From NCBI GenBank assembly GCA_053919585.1, contig CM132790.1: a DNA stretch of 64,000 nt; one strand, 5' to 3'. Shown one piece after another: positions 49,076 through 63,240 of this stretch. A program made the translations under genes and the position numbers. The notes beneath the pieces were generated by a model. The model searched no databases, was not told where the DNA came from, and worked only from the letters and a program-made list of their open reading frames with translations. Positions within the stretch are counted from its first letter, which is position 1, and each line of letters opens with the position of its first letter. This DNA is from Euprymna scolopes (lineage: Eukaryota).

Positions 49076-51949
49076 TGTTGGAGACGCCCATCCCTGGGAT
49101 TATTGGACTATCTCATGATGTCACTTCCTCTGGTGTAGTCACTCCCCATATCGAGTACCAGGGTACCCAGGAGTCGGAGATTGGCATGCAAACAAAGAGG
49201 CCGAATGCAAACGCCCACAGTTTAGGAATGGTATTGCCCAACCTGTTTTTACATGTAATATACGTGAATACATGTCCGTTCTTAAAATTCCTGTGCTCCA
49301 TCGTTCTTATACTATTTAACCCCCATAAAAACTGGCGACGTGGGATTCGACTTAAATACTGGTTTACTTCACAAAAAGGAAAAAGAATGAAATGAAGTCG
49401 ATGTCCAAATAACTTCGTATTTAAAACTTAAGTATTCGGCTGGCATTTACGTTCTAGGAACACAATTCTAAAACTAAAAAAAAGAAGAAAGCGAACACAT
49501 GGCAAATTTATTAACTAAATTGTAAGCGAATCTTTTTGTATCCATATTTAAATTGAAAAAAAAACTGTGCTTAACGCATTTTTGTTAAGGCCCTAAAAAG
49601 AAGAAAAAAGAGAAAAAGGTTTACCCAATTTCATCGCGAGAACAATTTCTAATTGTAAATTATCTACGGTTTACTCTCATCATAATCTGAACATTTTTCT
49701 AATGAAGTTAAACTTTTTTTTTACTTTGGGTGTTTTTTTCTGCTAACTTCATGTAATATTTTAACAGGAGAGAAGGGTGTCTTTCTTTTACTTTTCGTTT
49801 TACTTGAACTAAAGGAAATACTTTTTTTAATTTAGTGGAATTTCCTGAAATATTCTATTTTTAACAGTCGGTTCTAGATGAAAAATTATATTTCCTCCGC
49901 GTGGGGACAAGTCCCCCCACACACATAAAAAACTAGCCATTTTGCTTAACTTCTAAAACAATTCCACAATTTTCTTTATTCTTTTTAAACTGTTGTGTAT
50001 CAGAGTATAGTTTTGTTTTTTTTTTGTTTCGCAAGTAAAATAAAATATTTATTGTCCGCTCTCATATTGGGTTATCTCTAAGGTTATTACCAAGATGTAA
50101 GTGATACATTGCTCCCTCCTCATACGAACACATTCAAGGAAATGACATTTTCTTTTTATTATTTTATTTCTCTTTTCTATTCAAAAAATCAATAATATTG
50201 TTCGTGCGTTTAGAAAAACCGTTACAAGATGAATGTGGTTGAAACAGTAATAAAACAGATACCAAGTCCTAGATGGGCCAGCAGCAGAATGCTGAGGAAA
50301 ATTTAAAAGAACGCGGTAAACAGCTCAAGTTACAATTTCAAGAGAGGCAACAAGCCTTGGAGGAGAGAATGCTACCTCACCAACAGAGGCATGAAGAGCT
50401 ATTGTTAAAAAATATTCGATAGAACAGGACACAGGGGCAACAGTTTTGCGTTCAAATTACAATATGGAACGCTATAGAAACGTTCAACTAGTATCCGGAG
50501 TTTGATGGGACGTTTGCTGCTTCCTATCGAAGATATAAAGACCTACCCCCCGGTTTAGTCGAGAGTGGAGCAACGTTAAGAATGTTCGTCTACTTTTGAG
50601 GAAATTGGGGGCCACAGAACATAGCAAGTTTGTGGATTATATTTTCCCCAGGACGACAAATGAATAGTAATTTTTTTTTGCAGCGGTCATATCCGGAATT
50701 CTACGCTCTTTCATAGAAAAGGAGAGTCCTTGAACCTGCAAAAAGCGCCGACGACTATTATCTAACCTTCGTGCCCGTGGTAAATAAGCACTGCGATGAA
50801 TTCCGTCTGGCTGACTAATTGGGAGATGACTTTAAGTGTTTAATTTGTGCGCAGCGTCTAGTCTCAACCAAAACCGCTGAGATTAGACGACGTGTTCTCT
50901 CAAGACGTGAGAGCGAACAGGTCCACCCCCTCTAGAAATTGGCCGAGGGTTGTCAATGGGTAGTCTGCATGAGGAACAACTCGAGACATATCGAGGAATC
51001 AGGTGCAGCATTCATTAGGAGTACGAACTTCACACCGCAAAAATACTCACCCCGAAAAAACAAAATTGGAAGTAAGAAAATCCAGGCTACACTTAATATG
51101 TACGACTCAGTCACAAGTCCCGTATCCCCTACAAACCCTTGCTATCGCTCCGAGGAGAAAATGGGTCGAATCAATGTTTTTTACAAATATAAGTACTGCA
51201 ACGAATGTGGCATGAAGAGTAACAAATTAGCGATGGGAAATAAAAACGAGTATGTTCAACACAATCAGACAACTCCAAGTATATCTTCCAGAGATTAAAA
51301 GGGAAGCAATGCAACAACTTCTATACGTGTATAGGATTACACAAAACCCGAACACACGAACAGAAGTCTCAACTGCAGAAACGATCTGTGCGCGGAGAGT
51401 GAGATCCGCTTTTGACAAGCTCTTATCCAAACAGTCAAGGCCACTAGTGAACATTAGGCACCCAATAAAGATTTCATATCAGGTAAAAGAGTATTTTCCA
51501 AAGTTATAAAACAACACATTATTCTGGGACGTGGGTACAAATACTTATAGAGTCGGTGACATCGTATATATCGTCCAAGGAACAAGATATACCCACACAC
51601 GTCTTTAGAATCAACTAAGATTTCGTTTAGTTGATATCAGCGACAGTAAACCCAAGAAGGTAGAGGTACTACGAACAAAAGGGTTGGGAGGGAATGGTGG
51701 AAACGCCACTCCAATGGGATTAATGGAATATCTCATGACGGCACTTCCTCTGGTGACACTTCACTTCCGTAATCAAGTACCGGTACCCACGAGTCAGAGA
51801 TTGGAACACGCCCAAGGAAGTTGTATACAAAGGTCCACAATTGAGGAATGGTATTGCTAAACCTGGTTTTGCCTGTAATATATGTAAATGTATGTTCATC
51901 CTTAAAAATTATGTGATCCTTCATTATTATTACAATTAACCCAATAACA
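49076..51949 (+). mobile_element. Internally deleted Ty3/gypsy element with both LTRs
   Basis: LTRs 49076-49330 and 51695-51949; PBS TGGCGACGTGGGATTCGA at 49333; PPT GGGAGGGAA at 51686-51694; TSD TTAAT/GTAAT. Gag remnants (VRLLLRKLGATEHSKFVDYIFP, VNKHCDEFRL..DDFKCLI) are followed directly by the integrase C-terminus (YRITQNPNT..RVRSAFDKL). Confidence 0.9.
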
Positions 51950-53585
51950 GTAATGACAGTATTTGCCCCCGATATATCAATAACTACACTCTTGTGCGGT
52001 CGTGCGTTGTCACTCCGCATTTGTCTCAATAACTACACCTTGGATTTCTTTTTTAAATTTTGCACAAATATTAAACCTGGTATGATGAAAAACGTAATAG
52101 AATAGATTTTCGGTGTAATTCACGGTTTCCCCTCCACTAGTGGTGTCTTTAAAATGAATACTTTTGTGCTTATTAAAAAAAAAATTAATTACACCTTTTA
52201 AAATGTTGTAACACCCTGATTGGAATATAATGTGTCTATACTTCACGATAACTCTTTAATGTTCCGTAGGGGTTCTAATTGTGTTAATAGGGGCTATTAT
52301 GCTATGTGTACAACATTTTCTCTGACCGACTATTTAGCAATTTGCCATGGTGCTGAACTCAAATCTAAGGTATGCTAAAGTCTTGGGGACGTTGGGGACT
52401 AAATTGGGGGGGAACTATATCACGTAGTTATTTCATGTATGATTAATGCAAAACTCAAATTACCAAATGTTAAGGCCTTAAACTGCCCAATTTCTTCATT
52501 TTCGTCATGGTTTGACGTCCCATGGGGATATTGGGGGCTAAATAGTGGTGGGGCAAATGCTGCTCTTACACATTTTTTATGTCCTGTTCACTGCGAACTC
52601 TCGATGGGTCATGCATGCTTAGCTTGTTGTAAATCGCAATTATCTTTTTTTCTAAGAACCGTAACATAATATTAAACTATTAAATTTAAATCAATTGACA
52701 CTAAAATCCCAATTCAAACATCCGTGAAACCTTAAAAAAGAGAGAGAAAAAGGGGGTAAAATAGACGTTAATATTTAGAAAAAATTTCAACTAAACTATC
52801 TTCCACCCAAAAGAATTTGTATAATACGTCCCTAAAAACATTGGTTATAAGAACATCAAACTTGACTAGAGTAAACATAAGTCATGTAACAATTCAAATA
52901 ACATGACGTAAAAGAAACAAATCAATTGGATTACACTTCGTTGCAACTTAATTTTTTAAAACAAATATATGAAATTACTTCTAAATATTATTAAAGCCAC
53001 ATTTCTCTACTTCGAAATATTCTCCACAACATTTTGGATAAAGACACTCTGAAGAGTAATATAACAGTCAAAGCTGGGGAACTACAATACAATGCAATGC
53101 ACTAAAATCTCAAAATATATTGCACCTAAAACAATAAATAAAAGTGCAAATGAATCAACACGGTGCCTTAAAACAATTTTAATACTTTAGTCGATTACCA
53201 ATCTCATATGAATGCTTATGACCAATTGCATTAAGAAAATTCTATATTGGCTAAACAGAAATACATTAAATTATATAAACCGACCATATATATATATTTA
53301 ATAATACAGATTATAAAGATAACACTTCACATTCTTTATACTTCAATGAAGTAATAAACATAAATTAAACATTGATGATCGAGAAATTGCAAACAACTTA
53401 AACTTGTCGATCTTTCGGTTGGTCTTTTTATGTGTTAATGAAAAATATCATTGTTATAATAAACGAGAGGGATAAGCTGGTACAATTATCGATTATACGT
53501 AGGCATTTTCAATCAAATATAGCTAATTGCATATCCCGCTTAATTCAACACTAACTTATTTTAATCTAGTTTTCAATTGGATATA

Positions 53586-55032
53586 CACTAGCGGTCAAAA
53601 TTTGGGATAGTTTAGTTGTTTTCATTTTCTCAAGAATATTCGGAGTGGAATTGCAACTACACACATGTAAGATATCTCTTATGTAGATGCAATGTATCAA
53701 TTACATTTGCTTATAAAGCATAGACAAAATTTAAAATGGTCAATGTGTAGTCAGTTTTTCCATTTTTATAAGTACGAAAATGACGAATAAGTGGATTACG
53801 TCACGATGTAGTCATTGCAGCCGGTTCCACCATCATTATGACTCCGAAAACTGAATTATTAAATTTCCTGAGGAAAAAAACATTCAATACAGAACATAGC
53901 TGATTACTTGAAGCTGTTAAGAATACTTGGAAAATTTTACCAACTAAGAAAAATGGCAGACCTCGAATATCTTCTCCTAGAAAATATCGACTGATTAAGA
54001 AGGTGTCGCTGAACGATAGGTTTCAGACACCTTTTCTCGAGAACTACATGCTTATCATGGCATCAAAGCGTCTCGTGGAACAGTATCACCTAAATGAAAT
54101 TGATTTGTTTGCGAGATCATTAGAAACCGTTGATAAACAAGAAGAACAACGAGCCCAGACAAAGCTTTGCTCAAGAGCATGTGTTGTGGACAGATGATCA
54201 GTGTCGAAATGTATTTTTATGATGAAAGTAAGTTTGATGTATATGGATCCGGGGAGAAGAAATTTATAAGGAGGTTTGCTGGCAACAGATTTGATAAAAA
54301 TGCACGAGGAAAAAAGTTACGCTCCGTGAGGGCAACGTAGTGATGTTTTGAATGATTTCTTGGAAGGGAACGACTGATCTAGTCCGTCTAAACACCAGAG
54401 TAAATTAAACAATAGACAAGAACTTGTTAATAGATTATGTCAGCTGAATACCTTGAAATTCTGAACGTGAAAAACCTATTTTCATGCAAACTAACACCCC
54501 TAGCCACCAGGCAAATCATGGAATAGTATTTTTGAAGGAGCAAAATGTGGATGTTTAGGATTGGCCTCCTCAAATTCCGGACTAAACCTTCATTGAAAAC
54601 ATATGTTCTACTTGGGGAACCGTGTGAGTGCAAGTATCTATAAATACTGAAATTTATGGATAAAACTTACAGAATAATGGCCGAAACTTACCCGTGATGA
54701 ATGTCGGCATCTCATTCAATTTTGCCGTAGAAAGTGCGTTGTACTTATAGAAAATGAAGGCTTGTTCACTAGGTATTAAATGCGTGGCAATTGTTTTGGT
54801 AATTTGATATTTCACTGTATTTATTTATTTTGTCGCACGGTTTTGGCCAGTCTAATTTCCAAAACAAATCGAAATACGATTACCCTTTTTGTATGCCTTA
54901 TAATTAAGTGTAATTAATACAGTGTACCAACATAAGAGCTATGTTTAATGTAAGTTAATGTAAATATCTTCCCCCGAATGTTCTACAGAAATTGAAAAAA
55001 ATAACTAAAAAGTTATAGATTTTTTATATGCT

Positions 55033-55036
<4 letters not shown>
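53586..55036 (+). mobile_element. Tc1-like (DD34E-type) transposon, degenerate, long TIRs, TA flanks
   Basis: GRPRISSPR..LIKKVSLNDRF, DESKFDV-GS, FMQ, DWPPQ-PD..IEN and the end GLFTRY* (~54778). TIRs ~53586-53730 and ~54890-55036 align loosely. Confidence 0.85.

Positions 55037-55087
<51 letters not shown>
55037..55087. repeat. (TA)n microsatellite at the Tc1 target site
   Basis: Directly visible. Confidence 0.95.
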
Positions 55088-55089
<2 letters not shown>

Positions 55090-55934
55090 CTCATAAATCT
55101 TTCTAAAATATTTACGATGATGTATGTGCGTGTTTTATCCTTTCTTTTTAACAATTTATTGCACTAATTATACTACTAATACACGAAACATATAACTATA
55201 ATCATCAAAGTCTGCTTAGCACACTATCATTGTATTGCTCTTATCATAGTTAAAACTTTATCTTATCTATGACTAAATGCTCATGTGTTTATTCCCGTTT
55301 CAAACCTCGCCTTTATTTTGTTTTAATTGTTAAATTTGTTTAATTAGTTTGCATTTACTTGTATATTTAAAAAATGCCACATCACATTCATGTTTACATT
55401 ATATTTTTAATCCCTTTAAACAAATAAAAGTAAAAGATGATCACACGTTTTGAAGACACATTTTACAAGTAAAATTTAATTGAGATATTTTTGAAAAATT
55501 TGAAGTGTCCAATATTATGATAAAATCATTTTTGTTCATTGTTTTTTTTTATTTTGTAAGTCCTATATTTCGCTAATACATAGCCTCATATCTGTCGAAA
55601 GTCCGATGCGTGAATTTCTTTTTCTTTTTCTTCATTTTGGTGTTATTGCGAAGAGACAAGAATTTACGTATAAGGCCGGTGGTTTCAAGTGTGTAGTGTT
55701 CCAGTTTCCAGCGGGATATAAAGTAAAAGATGGTCACACTTTTTAACGATTTTATAGTTTTTTCCTCCACTTTCATTACTAAATCTACTTTTCTCCACTT
55801 TCCTCCCTCCTTTCAGTTTGTCAGTCCAGTACTGTTTTACTTCTGTATTTTTATATTTATGTTTCATAGTCATTTTGTAACTATATTTTCTTTTTCTTTT
55901 TCCGTTAAGTTTTCAATTTTGGCATCTTGTTTTC

Positions 55935-56308
55935 CACTGAGTTCAACCGGTGAATATTGTTTTTAATGAATTTTTTCATTATTTTTATTCAAAAAAAAAT
56001 CGAACGTTTTTACATTTTTACGTTAGAACTTGCTTTTGTAAAAACACACTAATCTAATAAAGTCCTTACTTAATAGTTGATTGAAACATATTTATAAGTG
56101 TGAATCCGTACTTAATATAGTTTTACACTGAGTTCAACCTGTGAATATTGTTTTTAATGAATTCTTTCATTGTTTTTATTTAAAAAAAATCGAACGTTTT
56201 TACATTTTTACGTTAGAACTTGCTTTTGTAAAAACACCATAATCTAATAAAGTCCTTACTTAATAGTTGATTGAAACATATTTATAATTGTGAATCCATA
56301 CTTAATAT
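55935..56308. repeat. Tandem duplication, period 191 bp
   Basis: Units start CACTGAGTTCAACC at 55935 and 56126 and are highly similar. Confidence 0.93.
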
Positions 56309-56857
56309 TTATTAAAGAAAGTATTATTACATTTCCAGCCCTATATCCGGCACTCGCGTAATCTTATTAATTTAGAAGAATTCGCTTTCTACAGCGCCGT
56401 ATAGAAGGTTTCTTTTAATATTCCTACATGTTTTCACCTGTTTTATCTAGGTCTACCTCAGAATGAAGTATATCAGAATATCCATATGCATTTGTACTAC
56501 TCGTTTTATGAAAAGGGACAAACACTCATTACAAATACAATTTATCCCAAGAGGAGTTCCCATATCACATATCCAACTATCCATCGAGAGCTGATTTTTA
56601 ATTAATGAAGCTTGGTACCTAGACAAACTCATTTATGGTTTATTCAAAGGGCATGTATTCAACCATTAGAAATCTACCACCGACGCCTATCCCAGTAAAC
56701 TAAAAAAAAAACTATAGGACTTTTTAAATGGTACCCAGTCGGTTACGCGCTAACATGTTTGGATCCCTCGAATAAAGAAATAGTAAGATTAGCAATTGCA
56801 AGAGGAAGATCACATTTAAAAAAAATGTTTGCCCAATGAAAAAGTTAAACGATAATA

Positions 56858-57063
56858 NNNNNNNNNNNNNNNNNNNNNNNNNNNNNNNNNNNNNNNNNNN
56901 NNNNNNNNNNNNNNNNNNNNNNNNNNNNNNNNNNNNNNNNNNNNNNNNNNNNNNNNNNNNNNNNNNNNNNNNNNNNNNNNNNNNNNNNNNNNNNNNNNNN
57001 NNNNNNNNNNNNNNNNNNNNNNNNNNNNNNNNNNNNNNNNNNNNNNNNNNNNNNNNNNNNNNN
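56858..57063. other. Assembly gap
   Basis: N run. Confidence 1.
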
Positions 57064-58034
57064 ATTGTAGATTCGCAATAACAAATACCAAACCAGGTAT
57101 TCAATGTGTCTACACTATTCTTCAATATTTTTATGTAATTTAAGGACACTTTTTAGAAACTATTTTATATAACTATGGAATAGTTTTTGGGAACATTTGA
57201 TCGTTATAATAGACTCCTACATTTAACTTTAAAAGCAAATATGGGAGATCACATTTATTAAATGGATTATACACTCATACATATACCAGAATATTTCAAA
57301 GTTAAAAAAAGGCGTCTCACATTCCCTCAAACCTTATTGGCTGAGAGCTGAAAATTCGTTTATTCAAGAACCTGATCTCATTACAAAAACGAATGCTACA
57401 GAAATGTACAAATATCGCATCACTCACTACAATAGCGAAAGGTTATACATAAACTTAAAAAAATACAAACATTATAGCAAACTATAAAACACTGAGACAG
57501 ATTCATGAGCAAACATTTTTTTTAATGTTTTACATGAAGTATACACAAGACAATAATTGTTCTTATACAGGTATGCTAAATCTTTTGTGTTTGCATAAAT
57601 CATACATTTTGTTATTAAATGATGTTTTCCGACTGATCGGCACAGGTTTATAGGCCATTATTTCATCAATTTCTTTATAAATCTTTCTTTACACGCAAAA
57701 CAGGTGTTTTCATAAAGTTAAGCTAATTTTTGATCTTTACATTGACATTGTTATATAAAATTTTCCGACACATCGCCACCTCGATAAGCTATTTTGTCGT
57801 AATTTCTTAAGCTATATAATTTGCTTTTTATGAGGTACGATTGACTATAATTCTTTATTCATAAGCTAAATAAAAAATAACACAGATTAAGCGAATAATA
57901 TAGGGAACACATGGATTTTGCAAAAAACTTTACACAGTGAACTATAGTGCTTAACTCTAGAATTTAATGTTTATATACTTAAAAATCTCCTTATGTCTGA
58001 TTTTAAAGTATTAAAACGGTTTATATATGGGTTT

Positions 58035-58550
58035 AAGTGGGGTGTGCGTGTGGACATCCAAGTGTGTGTATGGGAGGGTGCGTGTGTTTGCACACGTATG
58101 TGTACGTGTGTGTGTCCGGGCTTGTTTGCGTGTATGTGTATGTTTTGTTCGTTAGTATGTGTGGTTGTGTGTGCGTATGTGTGCTTTTGTGTGTTTTGTC
58201 TGTATATCTTTTTGTGTTTTTGTTTCTCTAGGTGCGTGTATATGTGTTGTGTTTGCGCGTGTACTTACTTTTGTTTTCAGGTGTGTACATGTGTGTGTGC
58301 TTTTGCGTGTGCGCGCGTGTGTGTAGGTGGGTATGTTCTCGTGTGTGTGTTTATGTGAGAGCGCTTGTGTTCGCTTGTGTGTGCGTCTGTGAGTGCGCGT
58401 GTGCTTTTTTGTGTAGTCGTGTATGTTTAGTTGTATGCATGTGTATATGCGTGTGTGTATCTGTGTTTACGTTTGTGTGCGCGATTGTGGATGTGCGCGT
58501 GTGAATAAGTGTCTACCTTTGTGTATGTGTGTGCTTGTGTGTGTCTCTGC
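58035..58550. repeat. Degenerate (TG)n-rich low-complexity tract
   Basis: About 500 bp of imperfect TG repeats. Confidence 0.9.
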
Positions 58551-58920
58551 GATACAAATAAATCTAATCCTTTGGTCAACCAAACTCAGCCGAGCCAACT
58601 AGTGGCCCAGCAGCTTTTTTCTGCAAAAAATCAGCAATTCAACGAGTCTGAAAGGAAGGTAAATGCGAAATTGATTCTCAATATTCTCAATTCCAGGGTA
58701 ACACAACGGAGCTACAAATCCTCAGAGCACTGAAAGCTGATCATCAAATAATTTCCTCAATCTGGAGGATTGTTTATTGTGCAGGAATTGAATCTTGGAT
58801 GTAACCAAAGTGTAAATTATATAACGCGCGTGGAAACGCAAGCCCCAAATAAATGTAAAGCGATCTGACTACGGTTAAAACATCACATAGGAGATTTAGA
58901 GACTTTAATAATATATAGAA

Positions 58921-59573
58921 CTAGCGGGGGTACCCGGCGTTGCCCGAGTGTTTGTTTCCGGGACGGGGGGGGGTTAAAAAATGTTATGGTAGGTAATTAG
59001 GAAGGATCAAACCCGGAGTCATGAGTAAAAGTAGGAAAATAAAGTGTGAAAAAAAACTTCTGCAACGTTAACAGTTCGGCCACCAAGAAAAGTCCATTCC
59101 AATTGTTTAGAAAAAAAAAACGACTACGGTAGGTCGGCGCGAACGTGAAAATATAATGTGAATTTTCCAGCACGCTAACCACTACGCCACAGAGCACTGC
59201 AGCTTAGTTTTGTGATTTTAAATAACTTCACATGAAAGAACTACGAAGCCAAACCGGTTTTCTCTTCTCAACTGTTCCTTGTGAACGATCCCCAAACGGT
59301 GTTTTGTGGTGGCAGGGGGAGGAGGAATTTATTAGAGATAAAATATTTTACCACTTCCATTGATCTTAACCGATTTTGGCCGTGACTTCTCAGCAGAAAA
59401 AGTATAGAAATCTAAGATTATCGAGGAATTTGAGAAATAATAAGCCTATAACACACCTCAGATATTGTTCTGCCGTTTGTGCATATTATATTTGCATGGC
59501 ATATCTTGATTTTTAATCGTATTAATGTCAAAATCAGACTGGAAAAAATGATTTCATTTTATTTATATAGAGA
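58921..59573 (-). mobile_element. Non-autonomous Helitron
   Basis: Minus strand: A|TCTCTATATAAATAAAATGAA at the 5' end, hairpin CTCGG-GCAACG-CCGGG then ..GCTAG|T at the 3' end. Inserted in an AT dinucleotide with no TSD. Confidence 0.75.
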
Positions 59574-60404
59574 TAAAAAAGAATGTGTAGCTAACATTTC
59601 CATCAGATTAAATTCACGTAAGAAATATTAATGCATATATAGTAACATCGTGGCATGCATAGTGTCCTCACTTTTTTTCGTGGTTTTCTTTACTAACGAT
59701 CGAAACTTTATATCCTTTTAATTACTAAGTAAATTCGAATAAAAGCTTGTGAAAATTATGTAAAATGTACGATTATCAAAACCACTATGGTCTCGCGTCT
59801 AAATATGCCACTTGAGGAGTTACATATTTCAAACTCAAGCTCCATAAAGGTAATCATTTTATTTTCGTTTGAAATAAAATATATTGTAATTTGTCCACGT
59901 TGGATATGCGAGTTAGTGACTTCACATTCAGACCTTTCGCAATGTTCAGAAGACAGAATGTTTAATTATTCAATAAATTCGTCCAACCAGTTAATCTATC
60001 TCAATTAGCAAGTGTTAAGGTTTTCAATTTGCCTTTTCCTGTCTATCTAAAATTTGGCTTTTCGATGAGATCCATTCTCCCGACTTTCTATAGGAAGATA
60101 CACCTTTTACCATTCGCTGTCTCCCTAGAAGTAATTTCTCAAACACGTGTCAAATCTCAGCAATTGAATCCGCCAACAGATCCAACGTAAAAAGGATAAT
60201 TGGATTAGCAATATTTGATCGTCTTTCTACAATTTTTGTGTACTTGGCTAATTGAAACGAATAAACATAGGCGTCTGCAGCAAAATGATATATATATATA
60301 TATATATATACACACGATGAGAACTATAGCATAATAAAAATGTATATGATGAAGTCATACATTACTAATCTCATTTTTTTAATGTGTAAAACACAGGTTT
60401 AAAG

Positions 60405-60480
60405 CGTAAGTGTTTGAAATGGGGACTTAACCGAGCCTCTTGCATGTAATGCAATCGCTCTACCTACTAGTCACAGATTT
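60405..60480 (-). mobile_element. tRNA-derived SINE head related to 48775-48890
   Basis: Minus strand GGTAGAGCGATTGCATTACATGCAAGAGGCTCGGTTAAGTCCCC. Confidence 0.55.
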
Positions 60481-60561
60481 CCGGTTTGTTGACTGCCATG
60501 GATCGTGTCAGCTGCGATGGTGCTTGGCTGTGGAAATAATTATATAATCTCTCACATTCTG

Positions 60562-60572
60562 ATATATATATA

Positions 60573-60628
<56 letters not shown>
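60562..60628. repeat. (TA)n microsatellite
   Basis: Directly visible. Confidence 0.95.
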
Positions 60629-60631
<3 letters not shown>

Positions 60632-60859
60632 GTTGTGTACTGAGGTGACTCATATAAACGGAGACGGAGGGGACATGTATATAACAATGATGAGGGTGAG
60701 AGGACATTAATACATTTCTGTTCTTAGATACGTGTGATTTCATATAGATACTGAGGGTGATAGGATGATTGATGCACAGTCTTATATTTCTTATACCACA
60801 AAAAGAGAGGAAGACAGATACATGTTCTCGTGAGAGTTATGCAATGTTCATAATAGTTG

Positions 60860-61441
60860 TGATAGACAAAACACATTTACATTTCAATTTATGCAATGAC
60901 GACATATGAAAAACAATTTAAAATATCGGTGGTGATTCTTTATTTTATTGGACCGGTTGAATGATGATGACGTCAGGAAATCAAATTCGGGATCTACATA
61001 ATTAAATTATACCCCTTCCCCTCTCAGAAGACCCTCCTCAGACCTTGTCAAATTTCGGCCGAACAACTCTCTCCGACCGATTCTGCCGACTGTTCTGCCT
61101 CAACTGCCATGATCTGACTAAATATAGCTCCTATATAGAGAACCCCGCTTTTCGAATGAAGTCAGAAGTATGTCTCCAAAACGTGACCAATTCACGTGGC
61201 TATGCATACGTTTTTTCCTAACCCATTTTCACAACAAGAATTCTCAACTAACCTTTTTTTAATCTAGCTATTTGTTTAAATACATTTTTAATTTGTATTT
61301 TTCATTATTTTAGCTGACATTTTAAATATTCCGTTTTTGTAAAAGAATGAACAATCAATACTTTTTACAATATAAACAATATCTAACTATTTATAACCAG
61401 CCCTCATAACCAACACACACGTTAGAATAGGTACCTCTACA
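60860..61441 (-). mobile_element. More distant LTR-like repeat related to 42429-43016
   Basis: Shares CACGTGAATT..TCACGT, TATAGGA..AGTCAG and CCGGTCC..AATAAA in the same order. Boundaries uncertain. Confidence 0.4.
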
Positions 61442-61816
61442 CCAGTAACCTTAAATGGTGCGTTCTGGTGGCGATAAAATCGTTGAAACCGCTTTTGATT
61501 TAGCTTAGGTTTGTAAAGCATTTTTCAGACAGAATCTTATTGAAACGCTCCAAAAACTTGTAGTCGGTGAGGTAGATATCTGAAGAATGGGGCGATTTTT
61601 GGTTCGATTAGTTCAACTTCTGCACGGTCGGTTTTTCAACGGGAGGTCGGGCGTTGGGCTTACTCTGTTTATTACGGTTAGATGTTGTTGTCGAAATGTC
61701 TCATGGATTTCGTACATTTGAAGGTAATTTTCCGCCGTAATTGTGTATCCTGCATTCAAATACTATAATAGATGAGTTGGACGCATTGTTTGTCGTAAGG
61801 AACACATTACTTATCA

Positions 61817-62520
61817 TTGCCGGAAAGTACTTATTTTAAACTCCTCGCCCGAATGTTTACAGGGAATATAAACTGGAATAGATACCTTGAGAGCGTTGCC
61901 AAGGCTGCTGCAAAGAATGTGAGTTCCCTCTACCGTGCTAGGAAATTACTTACGCCCAGAATATCATGGACCTCTATAAGGCCACCATTCGCCCTTGTAT
62001 AGAGTAATGTTGTAATATTTGGGCTGGTGCATCTGTTGCTTGTCTCTAACTCCTGGACAGGGTTCAAAACAGAGTCGCCAACCGTATAGGTCTTGAACTG
62101 TCGTTTGGGCTTCAGCCTCTGTCCCATCGATGAGATGTTGGCTCCCAATGCCTATTCTACAAATACTTTAATGGTGAATGCTCTGACGAACTGCAAACGC
62201 TTGTACCTCCTCGACGTGACTACTCCCGACAAATCCGACAAGCAACTAACTCCAACTCCTTTACATTAGAGAACTCTAGGTGTAAGATAGCCTTTTACTC
62301 CAATAGTTTATTCCTCTAAACTGCATGTCATTGAAACTCCCTTCCGGGATTCTGCTTTACCAACTGTACTGACATGCAGTAGTCCAAGTATAATGTGAAC
62401 TAACATCTTGCTACTAATCTCCCTACATAAATCCCCCGTAAATTATGTCCCTGATAGTAGCCCCCTTCTTCAAAGTTGCACTGTGCCTTCGTTTGGGCGA
62501 AAATTGCATTTTAACAAAAA
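61817..62520 (+). mobile_element. CR1/Zenon-like LINE 3' fragment
   Basis: Aligns to 46745-47430 and ends CCTGATAGTAGCCCCC..GTTTGGGCGAAAA. Confidence 0.92.
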
Positions 62521-63240
62521 GTGAAAAGCCGGTCAAAAAAAACGGCTCGTTATTTTTTTTGAAATAAAAGGAAATTTCACTTAAAAACAGGATCTCGCTT
62601 GGTTGTCATTCAATACATGATGCACTTATTCATCAAGCTTTTTTATCTTTCTAATATCTCTCAATAGTTGGAAACCGTTGTATACGTTACCTCTAATTTA
62701 CTAGTAAGTTCTCGAAAAGAATTCGTGTTTAATTAGGCTAAGGATCTAAATTGATTGCTGCCAACATCAAATGGCAGACCACTATGCTCTATATCTTCAA
62801 GGATCTAGTCACAGTCAGGATATTTCTTAAAGCACGATTGTAATGTGCTTTTAGCAGTAGTTCCTGGCTCCAACGATTCGGTGATATTGCAAGTGTTTCA
62901 TCACGTCGTCAACTTAACTTGAACGGAAATAAAAAAAAAAATGCCCAAATTTTCTTGTGCGCATGTTGTATTGAACGTTATGAAAAGAATACAGAAATAC
63001 TTTAAAAAGATTGTAATAAAAAGGATGGCATAGATCCAATGAATTTAAAGTAAAGTAACAGCAAAGAGGCCTCCCGATGGGTGGCAATTAGAACAGACAA
63101 TCTCCAGATTTGATTTAAAAAAATGACGATTCCTCTGATATCGATTACAAAAGTAAGAAACACAAGCTTTTACCATAGTTAGCAACTCCATTATTACATT
63201 TCTGTGAATGGTATTGGAGAAACTATTTACGATTATCATA

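Noticed and set aside
52380-52560. G-run clusters as G-quadruplex or promoter
   Set aside because: Irregular runs with no supporting gene or repeat context.
57993-58504. Cys/Val-rich ORFs resembling metallothionein or membrane proteins
   Set aside because: Artefact of translating a degenerate (TG)n tract in several frames.
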